A stretch of 64,000 nucleotides of DNA, taken from positions 44,985,576 through 45,049,575 of the forward strand of contig JAUZTB010000002.1 of the NCBI GenBank assembly GCA_034780895.1, in the 5' to 3' direction. Positions 48,643 to 60,700 of this stretch are shown here, one piece after another. Numbering within the stretch: position 1 is the stretch's first letter; each line of letters starts with the position of its first letter. The notes under the pieces are model-generated. The model was not told the origin of the DNA and ran no database searches. It was given only the letters and a program-made list of their open reading frames with translations. Source of the DNA: Rhynchobatus australiae (taxonomy: Eukaryota). The position numbers and the translations under genes are program-made.

Positions 48643-49984
48643 CCCAACATTAATACTCATTAGTGAGAATGAAGAAAAATAAATGGCACTGTAGATAATC
48701 TTGAATAAACATTTCTCTTGGAAACTTTGGGGCAACTTTTTTTTTGCAATTACACCAGCTCCCATCGATCCAACATTGGACGTGCAATTTGTTTGTCTAA
48801 ATCTGGCCAGACATATTGTAATGAGTCACAAATAACGAGAGCCTGCCATACACTGTTATGTCTAATAATGGTCCTAAGTGCTCATGGCATATTCTATTAT
48901 TTATGCCATAGAAACATTGTGCCAAAGCATATCTAAGGAGGCAGAGGAGTTGGTTTAAACTTTAACAGACATCTTTCCTTGTGACAAGTAATGGATTTAA
49001 AAGATCAATGGAAAATATTCTTTTATTTTCTACTGGGTCATCATTTCCTTACCCCGTGACTTCAGATAGTTGATCTGGTAATGACTTAAACTCTGCCAGG
49101 ATCCAACAATGTCCCCAACTTTAGAAATCACCCAGATTCAAGGGAATGGCCATAGAATGGAGCAAGCCCTGTTCTATTGCAATCCCTTCGCCTCAAGGGG
49201 TAAATCTGCCCATTTATGTTTAATAATAGCATGTGAAAAGTGAAAAGGTCCTAGATGGAGAAGACATGAATCAGTACTCTTGCTGACAATTAAATCGGGA
49301 TCCATCTGTGATATTTGCAACCATTCATTTCCTAATCAACAAGCAGACAAAAGATTAAACATTTTGCTGCTGGATCAGATAAAATTGACATGGACAGCCA
49401 CCCCTCTGGTTGCCAAACTTAGCAGTGAGACAGAGAACATTAAGAACTGATGATATTCATTAAATACATAACTGCTAGGGAAAGACTGCCAGGCAATATA
49501 TAGACTCAGGAATGTGGCTTCACTATGAAATGATTGTTTTTGTGCTAATTGTATTGATGAGACAGGACATCACATGAGCTTTATAATACACAGAACAGAG
49601 TTTTAAAATTAGATGCTTCCTGACTTACTGACCAATCAATTATGGTGATCTATGTTGAATAAACCCCTTTTCCACTGCAATTCTCAAAAAGGAAATAGGA
49701 ATCAAAACAATCATGCATCCACATTTTGTGTCAGTGAAATTCTTAATGTGCTTGCTAGTGATTGAGGAATGTGTATTTATATCTACGTGTGTAAAAATTC
49801 CTACAATTTTTTGGCTGCCATAGAAGATTACTGAAGGTCTATGGCTGAAAAAATGTAATAATTGTTTTGTTTTTGTGTTTAAATAATTTTAAGAGAAATA
49901 AAATAATGAATTAAATCTCTATGAATTTTTATATCTGAATGTTAAGATATAGTGAAGCAAAGGCTTAAGTACATAATTTAGAAA

Positions 49985-51800
49985 TAAATGTAGGAGTAGG
50001 CATACAGCCCTTCAAATCTGCTCTGCCATTTAATAAGATTATGGGCAATCTGATTGTCCCCTCAAGCCCATTTTCCTCTCTGTTCTCTATTTTACTCTAC
50101 CTTAGTCCAAAAATCCATCTATATTCAATTATTCTACCTCCTCAGTTCTCTGGAGCAGAGAAGTCTGAAGATTCATGACGCTTTGAAAGAAGAATCTCCT
50201 CCTCCTTATCACCATCTCCAACAGATTATCCCTTTTTCTGAAGTTGTTCTGTAATCTCTTTCCATTTGAATAGCATTCAGTTTTTCTACTCTTACCTCAC
50301 AATGCAAATAACCTTTTCTCCACGTAATGCTTAATTTGCCAGATTTTTCACATTCTCTTAACTTTTGCAGATTCTCTGCTTCGTTTGCTCATTTTGGCTA
50401 CATATATTCAGTCCCTTCATTCTCAGTCAACAGTTGGGGCCCCTGTATTGATCACTGTGGCATCCCATTACTTGCCAATCTGAAGTTGATCCACTTATTC
50501 CTATTCTCTATTTTCTGATAGTTACCCAGTATTCTATCTATTCTGATATATTTCCTTCAATCTCTATCAATCTTTGGCCTGCTATTAATTTTCATAACGT
50601 ATATTTTCTGCTTATTTGATACCATTCTTACCTGACTTGGTTAGTAGCATTCTGGGTAGGTCAATTTTGATAAGTAACCTTTGTGTAACACCTTTTGAAT
50701 GTCTTTTGGAAATCCATATATGCTACATCTTCTTGTTCCTCTTTATTCATCCTCAAACATCGCAAATAAATTTGTCAAATATCATTTACCTTTCATAAAG
50801 CCAAGTTTACTCTGCTTCGATTTTTGAGAGGTCTTGCAACTTTGATTCCAGCATTTCCCAACAGCAGATGTCAAGTCGACTGACATATAACTTGACTATC
50901 TTTTTATCTTTTTCATGAAGAGGGGCATTTGTAGTTTTTAACTCCTCTAGTGTTTTCCCAGAATCCAGAGTATTTTGGAAGATTGCAACCAATCCATCCA
51001 CCTGCAGATGCTTCCATTAAAGCCCCAGGAACCAAGTCCTGTGTATTTGTCATCCTTTAGTCCTATTATTTTGTGTGCTACCTTTTCTCTAAAATTAATG
51101 GTAATCTTAAGTTCCTCCTGTCTTTTGTTCTAGATTTTCTCCTATTATTGGAATGCTTTTAAGTTCTTTTCTCCCTCTTCCATTTCCTTATTTCCTGTGA
51201 TTAATTCTGCGGATTCATTCTCTGAGGGACAAACCATAGTTATTCCCTTAGCTTGCTTTTATAATTATCTTTCCCTCTCTTCATTATTTTGTCATCATCC
51301 CTTTCTGGTTTATAAGGTTTTACCAATGTTCTGGCCTACTATTAATCTTCATGACATGTATTTTCTAGTTATTTGATATAATTCTTACCTAACTTGTTTG
51401 TCGGCGTTTTCAGTGGATCACTTTTTAGATGCTTTACTTCTCAATGGAGTGTATCCATGTTGATATTTATGAAATATCTCTCAAACTCTGCCACTGCATA
51501 TTTGCCATCATACCTTCTAACCCACGTTTCCATTCCCCTTTAGCAAATCCTGCCTTCAAATATTTCAAATTGCCTTTATTTGACCTTACAACACAAGGTT
51601 CAGACTTAAGTTTCTCACTCTCAAACTAAATATGAAATTCTACTATGTTACAAGAGATCAGATACACAGCAACCTCTTCCTTTGTTGATTCCACATCATG
51701 TTACCCTGAGAAACTATTCAAATATACTCTGTGAGCTCAGCCTCAAGACTATTTTTGCCAGCTTGGTTTATCTGATCTATGTAAAGACATTCAGAAGTCC
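49985..51800 (-). mobile_element. Old, heavily deleted CR1 LINE
   Basis: Tail taggagtagggcatacagcccttc; gtcttttggaaatccatata; minus ORF GLVAIFQNTLDSGK..EELK (CR1 tether region). Confidence 0.7.
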
Positions 51801-52374
51801 TAGAGCTGCAATTCTTTTATAATCACAATTTCTTCCTAGATTTGCCACTCTTTGACTTCCTTAGTGAAAGCTCTTGGTACTTTATGGTTCTGCAACCCAG
51901 TAAGACTGGAGTTTAAGCATTATTGAAGAATGAGTTGGTTGTCTTCTTTATTTGATCCTCCAGTCAACACGTTTTCATGGCTAAATAGGAGAGAGGTCAT
52001 TGTTGCCTTTATCAAGGCCTCTTGTCCAAGGGTAAGTTGATAAGTTGGTTTATTATTGTCACATGTTGCAAGGCACAGTGAAAAACTTTGTTTTACATGC
52101 CGCCATTACCTACAATTGGAAAGATATTCACATTGTCCTACCACCACCCTTCCACGTTGCTGTACCTGAGCACTGCTGAGAATGAATACCTCATGACAAT
52201 TCTTCAGGAGGAGTGCATTGACATGACAATTGAAGTGACTAGCGCCTGTACATTGAGGGAGTAAAATCTTCTTATGCTCATGAATTTCATGTGATTTTCA
52301 TAAGAGGCTTTTGCTATGTCATAGAGTCATAGCTTCATACAGCACCGAAGCAAGCTCTTTGGTCCACTCCATCC

Positions 52375-52872
52375 ATCCATGGTCTGGCGACTGCTCTACC
52401 CAAGACCACATGAAACTGCAGAGAGTTGTGGACACAGCCCAGCACATCACAGAAACTAGCCTCCCCTCCATGGACTCTGTCTATACCTCTCACTGCCTTG
52501 GTGAAGCAGCCAACTTAATCAAAGACCCCACCCACCTGGGTCATTCTGTCTTCTCTCCTCTCCTATCAGGCAAAATATATGGGAGCCTGAGGGCACATAC
52601 CACCAGGATCAAGGACAGCTTCTATCCTACGGTGATAAGACTATTAAACAATTCCCTATGGATGCTTGACCTCATAATCTACCTTGTTGTGACCTTGCAC
52701 CTTATTGGCTACCTGCAATGCCCTTCCCTGTAGCTGTGACATTTTACTCTGTATTCTGTTATTGTTTTTATCCTGTACTACCTCAATGTACTGTGTAATG
52801 AATTGATCTGTATGAACGGTATGCAGGACGAGTTTGTCACCGTACCTCAGTACAAGTAACAATAATAAACCA
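52375..52872 (+). mobile_element. Rex1-type LINE C-terminus and 3' UTR
   Basis: KLQRVVDTAQHIT.TSLPSMDSVY...IKDPTHLGHSVFSPLLSG..Y.SL...TTRIKDSFYP.VIRLLN. Confidence 0.88.
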
Positions 52873-52939
52873 GTACTAATGCTGACATCGTGTACCTTCC
52901 TGTTACCAACACTTAGTTTGTAACCTTCATCGTCCTGGT

Positions 52940-53150
52940 GATTCAAGTACTTGTCTTCTTCAATGTTGTGAGAGTACCTGTCTCTACCACCCACTCAGCA
53001 ATGCATTCATCTTCTGAATGAAAAATTTCTTCCTCAGATCACCTCTAAACCTCTTACCCTTTATCTTAAACCATGCCCTCTAGTTTTGGATACCACAGCT
53101 ATATGAGGAAAGGTTTCCCATTATCTATGCCCCTCATAACATTTGTATAC
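52940..53150 (-). mobile_element. CR1 3' fragment
   Basis: aaaaatttcttcctcagatcacctctaaacctctt...ttaaaccatgccctctagtttt. Confidence 0.7.
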
Positions 53151-56100
53151 TCATTGTGTGATTTTTTTTTGCACCTTGTGATTCAGGGATTCAGGCTACT
53201 TACAAAGAAATCACTAGTTCTTGCCTTCCTCTTTCTTCCAACACTTGCTTCCTCATTTTACATTTCTCCCTCCCTGCTTTACTGGGTCCATATCAAAACT
53301 ACACAAACTCAGTTTCATGCCTGAATAGAGCATCTGTGGTGTGTGTAATGCAATGATGAATTGATGACTGATGTGGAATCATCTGGATGTATGAAAGTTA
53401 AGAGCAGTTGCCAGCTGTCTCCACAGAGGGAAGAGAATACAGGGTAGGTCCAAATAGTGAGAATATCTTTGCAATGGCATCAGTGAAATGGTACTGTGTC
53501 AGATCTTGTCTATGGCAAAAAAAAATCCAATAATAGCCTCCATGTTCTGTGGACATGGGTTGGGATTTGCCTACATTCTAGCAGATGTATCATGCATGCC
53601 TTCACACTTTCCTTCTCCATATTGCCCTTCTCCCCTGAAAACACAAAAGCAATTACATTTCCAGAGAGAAATTCAACACTGGAGTGGGGTGTGTTGATCC
53701 TGACCTTCACAAGTCATGCAGCCACACTATTTGTGGCTTTTCGGCTCTCAGTGTATCACCAGTTGCATGGCTACACAGAGTTAGTGCAGCTGTGTGAAGT
53801 GAGGGCTGGGATCAGCAGTCCTTTCATGGGGCACAGTAGCTCTGCAGACCCTGCCCTGCAGATCCTGCCGAATGACCCACAGACAGCTCAGGCTAACAGA
53901 TTCCTTTCCATCCTTTCTGATTATCAGAGATGTGGAAAAAAATAATTACATAAATAAATTAAACATTATTTGAGGAAAATAAACAATGGATTGATGGGAT
54001 TGCTCCAAGACTTGGGCCAAAATGCCTCCTTCTTTCAAAAAGATTGTGAATACTCATGAATTGCATTGCCTTGTCCTCAAGGTATAGGGTATATGTGGGG
54101 TTGGGAGGGACGAGGCAGTTAAAGACATAGACAAATATTTTCTGCAAAAACACGAAACAAATGAGGGTACTGGTAACAACTAAGGATGGATGGAAGTGGA
54201 ATGGGAAAGATAAATTCAGAGATGTGAATGTTGGATTGAAGGAAATGGTTCAAGGGTTATGCATGAGTTTTACTGTGAAGCCATATTCTAGAATACAGGG
54301 TTAGTGCCCCTGTTGACCAGACTGCAGTGCAGAAGTTCTGCTTTAGGAAAATCAAGAGTGCCACAGTGCTAAGGGTGGGTTTGGAAGAAAATAAGAGGCA
54401 GTTCAGAATGTCACATTGAAATTGTGAACTTGTTTTGATAGGCCTATGTGCCAGGGAGTTGGCATAGTGCAAGTTGTACTTCCTCCGAGCAACAAACATT
54501 ACACTCTGGTGTCTTGAGACTTGTTTCCTTTCTTTAATATCCTTGAGATGATTTAGCGACCTGAGTCAATTAAAACTTTAGTGCCAAGACCTACTGCTTC
54601 AGAATCTAGATTCTAGACATCTGCAAACTCATAAGTTTCCACAAACATAGTAAAATTCTTTCTTAGATGTATGGACTGATATTAGAAAAGGAAACATAAA
54701 CATTCCTCTCTCCCTGCTTGCACCCCTAAATCTGAAATGCAGGCTGAACAGTTTTCTTAAACATTGCATGGGAGATTCATATTTCACACCTGATTTATCC
54801 CAATGGGGATGGAAATAAGCAGACCAAGAAATGTGTGTGTAACTTGCCATTTATTTTGAAAGTAGCAACAACAATACAATGTATAGCAAGGGTTTTCTAT
54901 GATGAAATATTTCCATGTCAGGAATATATGCTTATGGGAAATTTTTATCTAAGTACAAGGACTATCATTAAATCAACAGAGTCAAAGTAGTTCTTACTGA
55001 GATTTATGTTCTTCTTTCAAGCAGGAAAACTGGACTCCGTCAGGAAGGAAGTTGTAAATACACAGAATGTGTTGTATGATGCCAACAAGGTTACAAACTT
55101 CTTTATTAACCAGAGACCAGAGTGGGGGTGGACTGTTGCCACTGCAGTTATGGAATTCACTGTGACCGAGTCCAAAGATATTTGCTCCAACTGACTTGCT
55201 CAAAAACCTACAATTAATTGATCCCCTTAAGTAGTGCTTATGCAGGGCTTCTTCCTGATACCTTCATGCCTGAATTCCTGTATGTACTCCACACTGTGTG
55301 GTAATTGGTCTTACTTTACAGGGAAGGCATCAATAGTGTGTTGCCTGAGGATTAGCATCACCCTTGGAGTATTTCTGCATGCTTTCGATGTGTGTACCTT
55401 ACCTTCACATAATGCACAATCTTAGATCTCATTATGCCTGTAATGTACCAAACATATTTAGTCCCATTTTTTTATATTAAGTGTGTTGTCCTGTGTATCT
55501 TTGGGGGCATAAAGTCTATAAATGTCGAAGCTAAATGGAGATTAATGTGTTTGTGAGAGACGTTTTCAAATTAAGCAAAGATTCTAACTATATAGTTCCG
55601 CATCAGAACAATTCTCCTCGAATGACTCTTTGGAGAATTGAAACTTTATAGGGTAATGGCTGACATGTAGTGAATGTGAATGAGAAGTAAGAATTTTATA
55701 TGGATAAATTTTCACATTAATAATGTGCAATATCTGAGTTTTGTGTAATTTCAGATCAGGATGTTTACGGTCTTCACTTTGTTCCCTGAGCCCTATAAAC
55801 CACTTATTCACTAAGCTCAAGGGGCTAATGTCCTTTTTCTCAGATGATAAATGCCCATTTTTTTAATAAATAATTTACTTCTATTTCATTTAAATTACCA
55901 AAGCTACTCATAGATTATGTGTCAATATTGAATGTTGGTCAATTATGTGTCAATATCGAATACAGCTCAGCTGAACATACATATTTATACACATATAATA
56001 CATATATAACATACATAAATTTAACAAGTGATTGTTTATTAACTTTGGCAAGCAGCATCCAACTTTGCTTAAACTGTAGAGCATTTTTTTAAACAAAGCC

Positions 56101-56271
56101 CTGAATTATTTTATAAGACAATCAGATTTTTCTTGACCTATTTGGAGGCTCACCTACAAGAATTTGGGGAAAGGTTTTATAGTTTAATATTATTTTAAAT
56201 TTTCATGCATGCAGTGTTTAAAAACATTTGAACCAAGACATTGATTGCTTACTTTTGAGGACTACAACACA

Positions 56272-56310
56272 ATTTTGCAAAGTAAAATGAATTATTTTAC
56301 TTTGTAAAAT
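56272..56310. repeat. AT-rich near-perfect palindrome with 17-bp arms
   Basis: attttgcaaagtaaaat-gaatt-attttactttgtaaaat; 16/17 arm match with one G-T. Confidence 0.9.
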
Positions 56311-56588
56311 AAAGTAAAATATTTATTACTTATTCAAATAATGCAATTGGACAGTTACAATTATCTAATTTTCATTATTTTCAGCATTGGTAGTATTGCT
56401 TTTGTAAATGATATTGAATACATATTTGAAATATCCATAGATGAAATAAACTGTTGAATAGATAAGGAGGAGTTTCTCTTCCTGAACTGGTAGAGATGTC
56501 TGCACATCTTCAGCTACTGAAAAAAGGAGATACATTTGCTTCAAGAGTGAAAGCAAAGCAGAAGAAAAAGGACATCCATTCTTACTTA

Positions 56589-57078
56589 TCATGAGGGCAA
56601 TGAAGATTGAGGTAGAAGGAAGATAGGAAAAGGTAGATAAGGTTGGAAGAAATTCCATATGATCTCTCCTCTGGTGTTCTCCTTCCCATAAATCTCCCTC
56701 CCCATGGTCGCCAGCACATTTTCTTCCTGGGGTGAAGGATTGTAGGCTGGCTCAGTCTCCTCCAATGGCAACCTCCTGAAAGAAAGAAATGAGAATATTT
56801 GCAACATACTTGCTGGATNNNNNNNNNATAATGCTGCAATGATTGCATAGTTTTCATGCACAGTGATCTGTGTAAAATTGAGAGTTCCAACAGTGTAAGG
56901 AAAATGTGATTGAAAGGAGTGGTGATTGTGGGAGAATGAAGTGAAGCAGGTAGATGTGAGCAGAGGATAAGAATTCTTACCTTGATAACTCTGTTGTGGT
57001 CATTGAACCTATTTTAATAATGAAGCCATGCCTTGGGAACTGAGACCCAAGTGCTAACCTCCAGATGACTTTTGGCAT
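56589..57078 (-). other. Candidate two-exon ORF (57078-56981 joined to 56775-56589), 94 aa, unrecognised
   Basis: Donor AG|gtaaga and acceptor tctcatttctttctttcag join in frame; no homology recognised and may be chance. Confidence 0.15.
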
Positions 57079-58269
57079 TGGCAATGGAGGCGTTGTTTGG
57101 ATGGCTTCCTTTGCTTTGGAGGAAGCAGAATATACTTACAACATTCTAAAACAGAGCAGCCAATGTAAACCAAAGAGTCGGGAGGACCCATCTGAACTTC
57201 TTGAAAATTCTTAATTCTGGGTAGTTTCCCTGCTGCCTGCAACCATATTAAATTTACAAGAGATGCTGAGTTTTTTTTTAATGTCGACTAATGAGTGGGT
57301 GTGGATGTTCAAATCATTTTAATGCGGTCACGGCATGGACTTAACATGCTGGCTAGACCATGAGACAAATCACATTTTCAGACATTTCTAAACTCAGGTA
57401 ATTTATAGAGATACACAGCACCAAGTGAGCACTGCAGAGTTCACCCAAATACCCATTCTTGGTACATTTGGNNNNNNNNNNNNNNNNNNNNNNNNNNNNN
57501 NNNNNNNNNNNNNNNNNNNNNNNNNNNNNNNNNNNNNNNNNNNNNNNNNNNNNNNNNNNNNNNNNNNNNNNATACCCATTCGTGGTACATTTGGAATTTG
57601 TCTGTTTATCAGCTCAAGAGTCAAACTCTAAACACTAATTCCAGCTTTAAATATGAAAGTATTATATGATATGAAAATTAAATAAATATGTACATTCCTA
57701 ATAACAACCTCTTAAATAGTTAATGAGCAAAAATGAATGCATCACACTGGGCCTGTTTTAAGATGTGGTAAAAATATCTACTGTTGTAAAAATGTGGCAA
57801 AGCTTAACTATCACACAATGAAAACCAACTGCAAAGTTACCGTATCTTCATGAACAATCGTCAGTGCTGTTGATTCTGCCATTCAGAGGTTAATTGAATT
57901 TTTGCTTTATTGGTGAGGTATTTTGCACTGGGAGTAGTTTTGGATAGCCCAGAACTAATTCAGAAATAACTATAGCAGACAATGCTAATATAAAGTCTGG
58001 AGAATGAAATTTGTCTTTCGGGTCCCTTTATAATAAATAATTCCCCTTGAGGCAATGAGGTCTTTTGAAAGAATCATTGTAAAAGAAACACAGACAGAAT
58101 TTAGAGTAGCCAACAAATACTTAATGAGCCTATTTTGCTTTTCTGGGAATATTTCCCATTAAAAATATGTCATCAACATGAAATGTAATCTCTTTTCACA
58201 GATGCTGCCTGACCAGCTGAATAATTCCCATATAAGAAGAGAGTGATCACCTTGATGTACTGTACATCC

Positions 58270-59095
58270 CCCATATTAAGAGCAAAAGGGTAACTAAGGA
58301 AAGAATAAGCCCCATTAAGGATCGGTGTGGTCATCTATGTATGGAGCCATGGGAGATGGGTGAGGTCTTAGACATTTTCATCTGTATTTACTGTTGAGAA
58401 ACTCACAGAAGCAAGGAAGTTCAGGCAAGAGAACCGTGATGTCCTGAAACATATGAATATTATGAAAGAGGTGTTGGCTGACTTGACGCACATAAAGGTT
58501 GATCTATCCCTGGGGCCAGTTTAAGGGTACCCTAGAACATTGTGGGTAGCAAAAGAAGAAATACTGGGGCCCTGGCAAACATTTTTGTATCTTACTTAGC
58601 TACAGGGGAGCTATTAGAAGACTGGAAGTTGGCTAATGTTGTGCCTTTATTTAAGAAGGGCTGCAAGGACAAATGAGGAAACTACAGGCCACTGAGCCTA
58701 ACATCAGTGGTGGGTAATTTACTGGACAGGATTCTGAGACACAGGATCTACCTACATTTTGAAAGGAAAGGACTGATTAGGGATAGTCAGCATGGGTTTG
58801 TACATGGGAAACCATGTTTCTCTAATTTGATTGAGTTTTTTGAAGAGGTGACCAAGAGGACTGACGGAGGAAGAATGGTAGCAGTTATCCACTTGGACAC
58901 TGGCAAGACTTTGACAAGATCCTGCATGGTAGGCTGATCCAGAAGGTGAGATCACATGGGATCCATGCTGAGGTAGTCAGTTAGATATAAAACTGGCTTG
59001 ATAGAAGGAGTCAGAGGGTAGTAGTGGAGGGTTGTTTCTCAGATTGGAGGAACTGTGTGCCACAGAGATTGGTGCTGGGTCCCTTGCTGTTTATC
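58270..59095 (+). mobile_element. CR1 LINE RT fragment
   Basis: EDWKLANVVPLFKKG, NYRPLSLTSVVG, IRDSQHGFV.GK.C.SNLIEFFEEVT; paralogous to 38.4-39.2 kb. Confidence 0.9.
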
Positions 59096-59442
59096 ATAGA
59101 AAAGTACAGCACTGGATAGGCCATTCAGTGCTAATCTTGATGACGATTCATATTAAATGTCCTCCTCCTGTTTATCATCCATATCCCTCCATTCCTTTCA
59201 TATTCATGTGTCTATCTAAAAGTCTCAAACTCCACCAAACTGCCTGATTCCATTGCTACCACTGGTAACCCATTCCAGGCACCTAACATTCTCTGCATAA
59301 AAAAATTATACCCCTGTAAACTTCTCTAACCTTCCACCCTCTCGCCTTAAAAGCATGTCCTCTCCTGGGGAAAAGATTCTGACTGTCTACCTTTATCTCT
59401 GCCTCTCATAATTTAGAAAACCTCGATCAGGTCTCCCCTCAA
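59095..59442 (-). mobile_element. CR1 3' end in opposite orientation
   Basis: catagaaaagtacagcactggataggccattcag tail; cccattccaggcacc; gatcaggtctcccctca. Confidence 0.8.
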
Positions 59443-60073
59443 GTAAAAGAAGACAGTGATGATATATTATAGCTCCACTACATATCTAATCCACCCATAC
59501 TCATGCACCACCCACCCCTCCCTCTCAGTACACCCAACAGTTATAATTGGCAGTATTCTCTCCCGAATCTTAAAGGCCTCCCAGGTTATCAGGAGGAAGA
59601 TATCATACTTGACGAAATCATCTAAAGTTGCTTATTTTGCGTAGCATCACCCTAACACAAGCAGACATGCATGCATCAGCCCAAGACCCTGCTAACCAAC
59701 AGCTTCAAAATAAAGATGCCACAGGTTCACCAAAATGAATAGATCTTGTAGGAAGCCTCTGAGAAACTGATTTTGAAAAGAACAAGAATTGTGACCCACT
59801 TTCTTATCTAAGGAATAAAACAAGGATAAGTAGAAAAACCTCTTGAGAATGACTGTGAGAAGACGCATGTTAAAAGATGGAGGTGGTTCGGGGGTGGTGG
59901 TGGAAATAGGCATTTTTTGGAGACTGAGCACTGTTTAAACTGAATCTTTTGGCTGTGATTGTGCTTGTGAGGATGAGTGGCACTGAATGAAGAGTTAGAG
60001 GAGTGAAGACAGAAGATGTTCAGGGCATCAGAAAATGAGATTATGTGACATGGAGTATATTAAAAGATATAAT

Positions 60074-60229
60074 ATTTAAGGAGTGAGCAGATAATGTCAA
60101 CTTTGAAATTGGAGCTGGGGGAACGTGTCGGTGAGATGTGGGATATTTTCGAGTAGACAGCACCAGGCAGCACAGAGCAGTGTGCATACCCAGATCTTAC
60201 AATGGTTTTGAACTTCTCCATCATGGATT
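60074..60229 (+). repeat. 156-bp direct duplicate of 62931-63087
   Basis: By-eye alignment shows 5 substitutions and one 1-bp indel. Confidence 0.95.
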
Positions 60230-60244
60230 ACTTACGTTCGTTTA

Positions 60245-60700
60245 AAGTAAAAACAGGGGAATACTCAGCAGGTCAGGCAGCATCTGTGTAGTGAGTCAAA
60301 ATTTGCCATTGACTTTTCATTACACTGGAAAAATTAAACATGTTTTAAGTTGCAGAAAAGAGGGAAGGTTGGGGAGAACAAAGGAATGTCTGTGACAGGC
60401 AGAGTCTGGGAGCTACTGAATGATAAAAACTGGGGACTACTGGGTGAAAGAGGGTGGAGGAGGCATATACATCAGTCTGTAGGAGATGTTACTAGAAGGG
60501 GTGGACTAGAACAGAGGAGAGAGAAAAAACACACAAAATGAAAAAAATGGGGCTTGAAGATATGTATTGGAAGAGGAAAGTACTGCAGATGTTGGAAATC
60601 TGAAATAAAAACAGAATTCTGGAAATACTTATCAGATCATGTGGCAGCTTCAGAGAGAGGAACAGAATTAATGTTTCAAATTGATTACCTTTCATCAGAG
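60245..60700 (-). mobile_element. Penelope-like UTR/pLTR fragments, two copies in the same orientation
   Basis: atactcagcaggtcaggcagcatctgtg (about 60261) and ctgcagatgttggaaatctgaaataaaaacag...tttcatcagag (reverse CTGATGA...GAAAC core at 60671-60698). Confidence 0.7.

Noticed and set aside
56400-56658. Leader exon plus short intron resembling an Ig or TCR V gene
   Set aside because: The downstream sequence lacks the conserved Cys and Trp of an Ig domain and has no RSS
15011-57592. Short direct repeats flanking 100-N gaps (e.g. 15011/15137, 21965/22086, 42059/42209, 48383/48515, 57449/57571)
   Set aside because: The same sequence on both sides of a fixed-length gap is a scaffolding overlap artefact; uniform 10-N and 100-N gaps suggest a linked-read or short-read assembly
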